Assembly: GCF_006345805.1 (NCBI RefSeq)
Contig: NC_043010.1
Span: 3,782,001 to 3,846,000, forward strand
From: Octopus sinensis
Taxonomy: Eukaryota
DNA: 64,000 bases
Reading direction: 5' to 3'
The position numbers and the translations under genes were made by a program. The notes under the pieces are model-generated. The model was not told the DNA's origin. It saw only the letters and a list, made by a program, of their open reading frames with translations, and did no database searches. Shown in pieces: positions 61,116 to 64,000 of the stretch (position 1 is its first letter; every line of letters begins with the position of its first letter).

Positions 61116-63029
61116 GTCAATTTTACATCAGTACTGAGCCATATTTAATTAACTATATTCTTCTTGGGCAAGCAGAGTGACTAAGCTGGCTGAATTGCTA
61201 TTGCTGACCAAATAGTCTACTGTTAATATCCCATCAACGATACTGCATCATTTCCAGTACATTTAACCCTCATATAAGGATTATAGTTTGGCTCTAATTG
61301 CAGTACTTGTTCTATTTCACTGACAACCTTACACTAGCTTACACTATTGACTTAAAATCCTTCCTTGGTGTCATGTAGAAAAGAATGACATCAATCTAGT
61401 TGATTTTGCTCTAAATTCACTACATGAATATCATAAATCCACACTTAGCGTGAATTTATTTCTTTTATGATCGCAAGCATTCCTGCCAAGATCATCCTAT
61501 CTTTTCCTATTTTTTCAGGCATTGTATATCAAAATATATTATCCAGTTCAAGCCTTGCTTGGTTCAACTTTGCCTTTCAGTTAATAATATTAATATTAAG
61601 CCTGAAATAGGTTCACTTCACACTGCTCTGTTCTGTTCCCCCTTCAAATGTATGCATGGAGAAATTTAAGAAATCAATATCCATGTTTGTAAAATATATG
61701 TCTCAGATAAAATTTTCAAACAATCTTCTCCTTGTATAATTTATTATCATAGCAAAGAGACACAGCACAAATTCTGAATGCTAGCACAAAATAAGAGCAG
61801 TTGTTAATGTAAAAAAAAAAAAAGGAATAACATAAAAATAAAGCAAAAAAAAAAAGAAAAGAAAAATTCTTTCTCACCAAATTATTTTGAGAATCAATCT
61901 AGTAAAGGAAAACAGTGTATCTAGCTCTGTCTCATAAAATATTTAGGGTTTCCACACCGCTGCTACATGAATGTTCGGATGCATGCACACCAATTCACAT
62001 ACACATTTAATTAGTTAATGAGCTAGAAGATTTCAATGAGTGTATATTTATATTTCATTAGAATATGTATAAACAAACAGTAATAAAGAGAAAGGAAACC
62101 TGGTGAGAATTGAACCCACACCCCACTAGTTAATTCTCTAAGTATAATTCCATTACACATGCTAACTATACACAATTTCTCTGCCTGATTATAAATTTAC
62201 ATAATATAATACATATTGTGTAACCACATAATGTTGGTCATTTTAGTTGAGGGAAGTGGTTATTTATTAACAAGTCTTCTCTATTTCTGTTTGTCTATGC
62301 ATGTTCGCATTTAATGTGTGTGTGTGTGTGTGTGTGTGTGTTGTGTGTGTGTGTGTACATTGTACTCTTTGCAGAACCATTGCTCATTAATAGATTAATT
62401 GCTTGATTGGTATATCGTAGTGTATGAGATATATTCATTTCCCAAATATCTCAGCAAAATTTGTCATGCAACTTCACTCTGAATTGGATATTGCAAATTT
62501 GTGCAAGGAAACAAGTTTAGAATCTGACCAGAATATTTCTGTTCATGCTATGGCAAAAGAATGATGCAACTTCAAAGTGTATAAACTTATAGAATTGTGA
62601 TTCACTGAAGAAAAAAAATTAGAAAAAATCATCACTAGTAAATTCAGCTTTTGTTGTTATTTAATTCCACATCAGTCTCTCATACAATTTAACATCACTA
62701 TATAGCACCTTCAGTGTTATTAGCTGAATCCACTCTGTTGCAGACATTTGACCAGTCTATATTCCAGCAATGCCTTCCTTCCTCCCCACTATGAGCCTTG
62801 GAGACCTTATAAGGTTTCATAAGCTCTGATTTCTCTCCAGGCTAAAAGATTAAAAAAAAATACAAGCTCTCCTATTAAGTATAGCTGTGTAGTTAAGTTT
62901 GCTTTGCAACCAAATGGTTTTGGGTTTTAGATTACTGTGCAGCAAGAGTTTTCATCTATAGCCTTGGATTGAATAGCCTTGTGATTGAAATTTGCTAGAG
63001 AGAAACTGTGCTGAAGCTTGTCAACATTA

Positions 63030-63535
63030 TCATAATTATCATTTAATGTCCGTTTTCCATGCTGGCACGGGTTGGACCACTTGACATGAACTGGATAGGC
63101 TAGGAGGCCACACCAGGTTTCGTAGTCTATTTTGGACTGGTTTTTATAGCTAGATGTCCTTCCTAATGCCAGCCTTTCCACAGAGTGTACTGGGTGCTTT
63201 TTACGTGGAACCATCACCTGTGCTTTTTATGTGACACCAGCACACATGCCAATGCTTTATACGTGGTACCTTGGTTTTAGGATTCCTGTTCTGTTCTGTT
63301 ATCTCCATCACAAGATTCAGTGCTTTGAGATCCACTGACCCTTATGAATCTCAGAATGCTGAACCTTATGAAGGAGACAACAGAGGACTGAGATATGTGG
63401 CACATTGGTGTACTTGAGAAGACCTGCCCTCCAGAACATAACTGAGAACCTAAAACCAAGGTGTCACGTAAAAAGCATACTTGTATGTGCTGGTGCCATG
63501 TAAAAAGCACTGGTGCTCATGCCACCTAAAAAGCA
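63030..63535. mobile_element. Two RTE 3' fragments head-to-head (- 63030-63300; + 63320-63535)
   Basis: Reverse-complement tail atcatttaatgtccgttttccatgc. Plus strand reads LRMLNLMKETTED*DMWHIGVLEKT. Shared cctaaaaccaaggt(ac/gt)cacgt in opposite orientations. Confidence 0.78.
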
Positions 63536-64000
63536 GAGAGAGAGAGATTGCCAATAAATTGGTGCATTCAACAAAAATGCTTCCTGGTATTTATTCTGCT
63601 CAACTTGCATAATCTCTCCCTTGATATCACTCTTGATGCTATCATTCTCCAAATGTATGCTGTACAATAAAAATAAAGACATAGTATTTTTCCTTTTATA
63701 GGTTTGAGAGGATTTTCAGTTTTGCCTCTTTTGAGGATATGACAACCCCTCTAGTGCTGGTGCTACAATTAAATAGACCCAGTAAAAGATGAATAACATA
63801 TGAACATACTAGACAACATAGTGCTAGTTATAGAAAAAGATGTTGTGGATAGAATGCCTCTCACCATAAAGCTGTTCATTTAGAGCTGACTTAATACTAA
63901 ACAGCAATTTACCTTTTGTCTCTTCAATCAAACTTATTCTATCAGACCACACCATCATCCAAAATACTGTGCCGTAATAAAAATCTCTTCAACCCACATT

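Noticed and set aside
62095-62170. tRNA-like sequence (minus strand, GGTTCAATTC box B), and similar heads in SINE families B and C
   Set aside because: No complete cloverleaf can be drawn. These are SINE heads or remnants, not tRNA genes.

Overview
AT-rich, microsatellite-dense eukaryotic genomic DNA. It is almost certainly a coleoid cephalopod, most likely Octopus (inferred from the protocadherin style and the SINE/LINE families). The one supportable protein-coding gene is a minus-strand protocadherin. Its large coding exon (38204-35808) encodes the signal peptide, six cadherin repeats, a TM helix and the start of the tail. Two small downstream exons that the ORF track does not join, 32012-31835 and 26879-26656, splice in phase (0, then 1) to give about 932 aa with a delta-Pcdh CM1-like DSGHG motif. 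The rest of the window is repeats: several tRNA-derived SINE families, RTE and R4/Dong LINE remnants, Tc1, mariner and pogo remnants, TTAA MITEs, a probable Helitron and many microsatellites. The main leads are: (1) possible constant-region behaviour and alternative C-termini of the Pcdh; (2) a degenerate EC3-EC4 Ca2+ linker; (3) three fold-back elements making up about 23% of Pcdh intron 2; (4) a SINE subfamily that appears to home to (ATT)n microsatellites and builds tandem arrays; (5) a perfect 28-bp hairpin with a duplicated CCAAT/nuclear-receptor-like unit near 3.4 kb. All alignments were done by eye. Repeat boundaries are approximate (+/- 10-30 bp) and family names are tentative without a database search.
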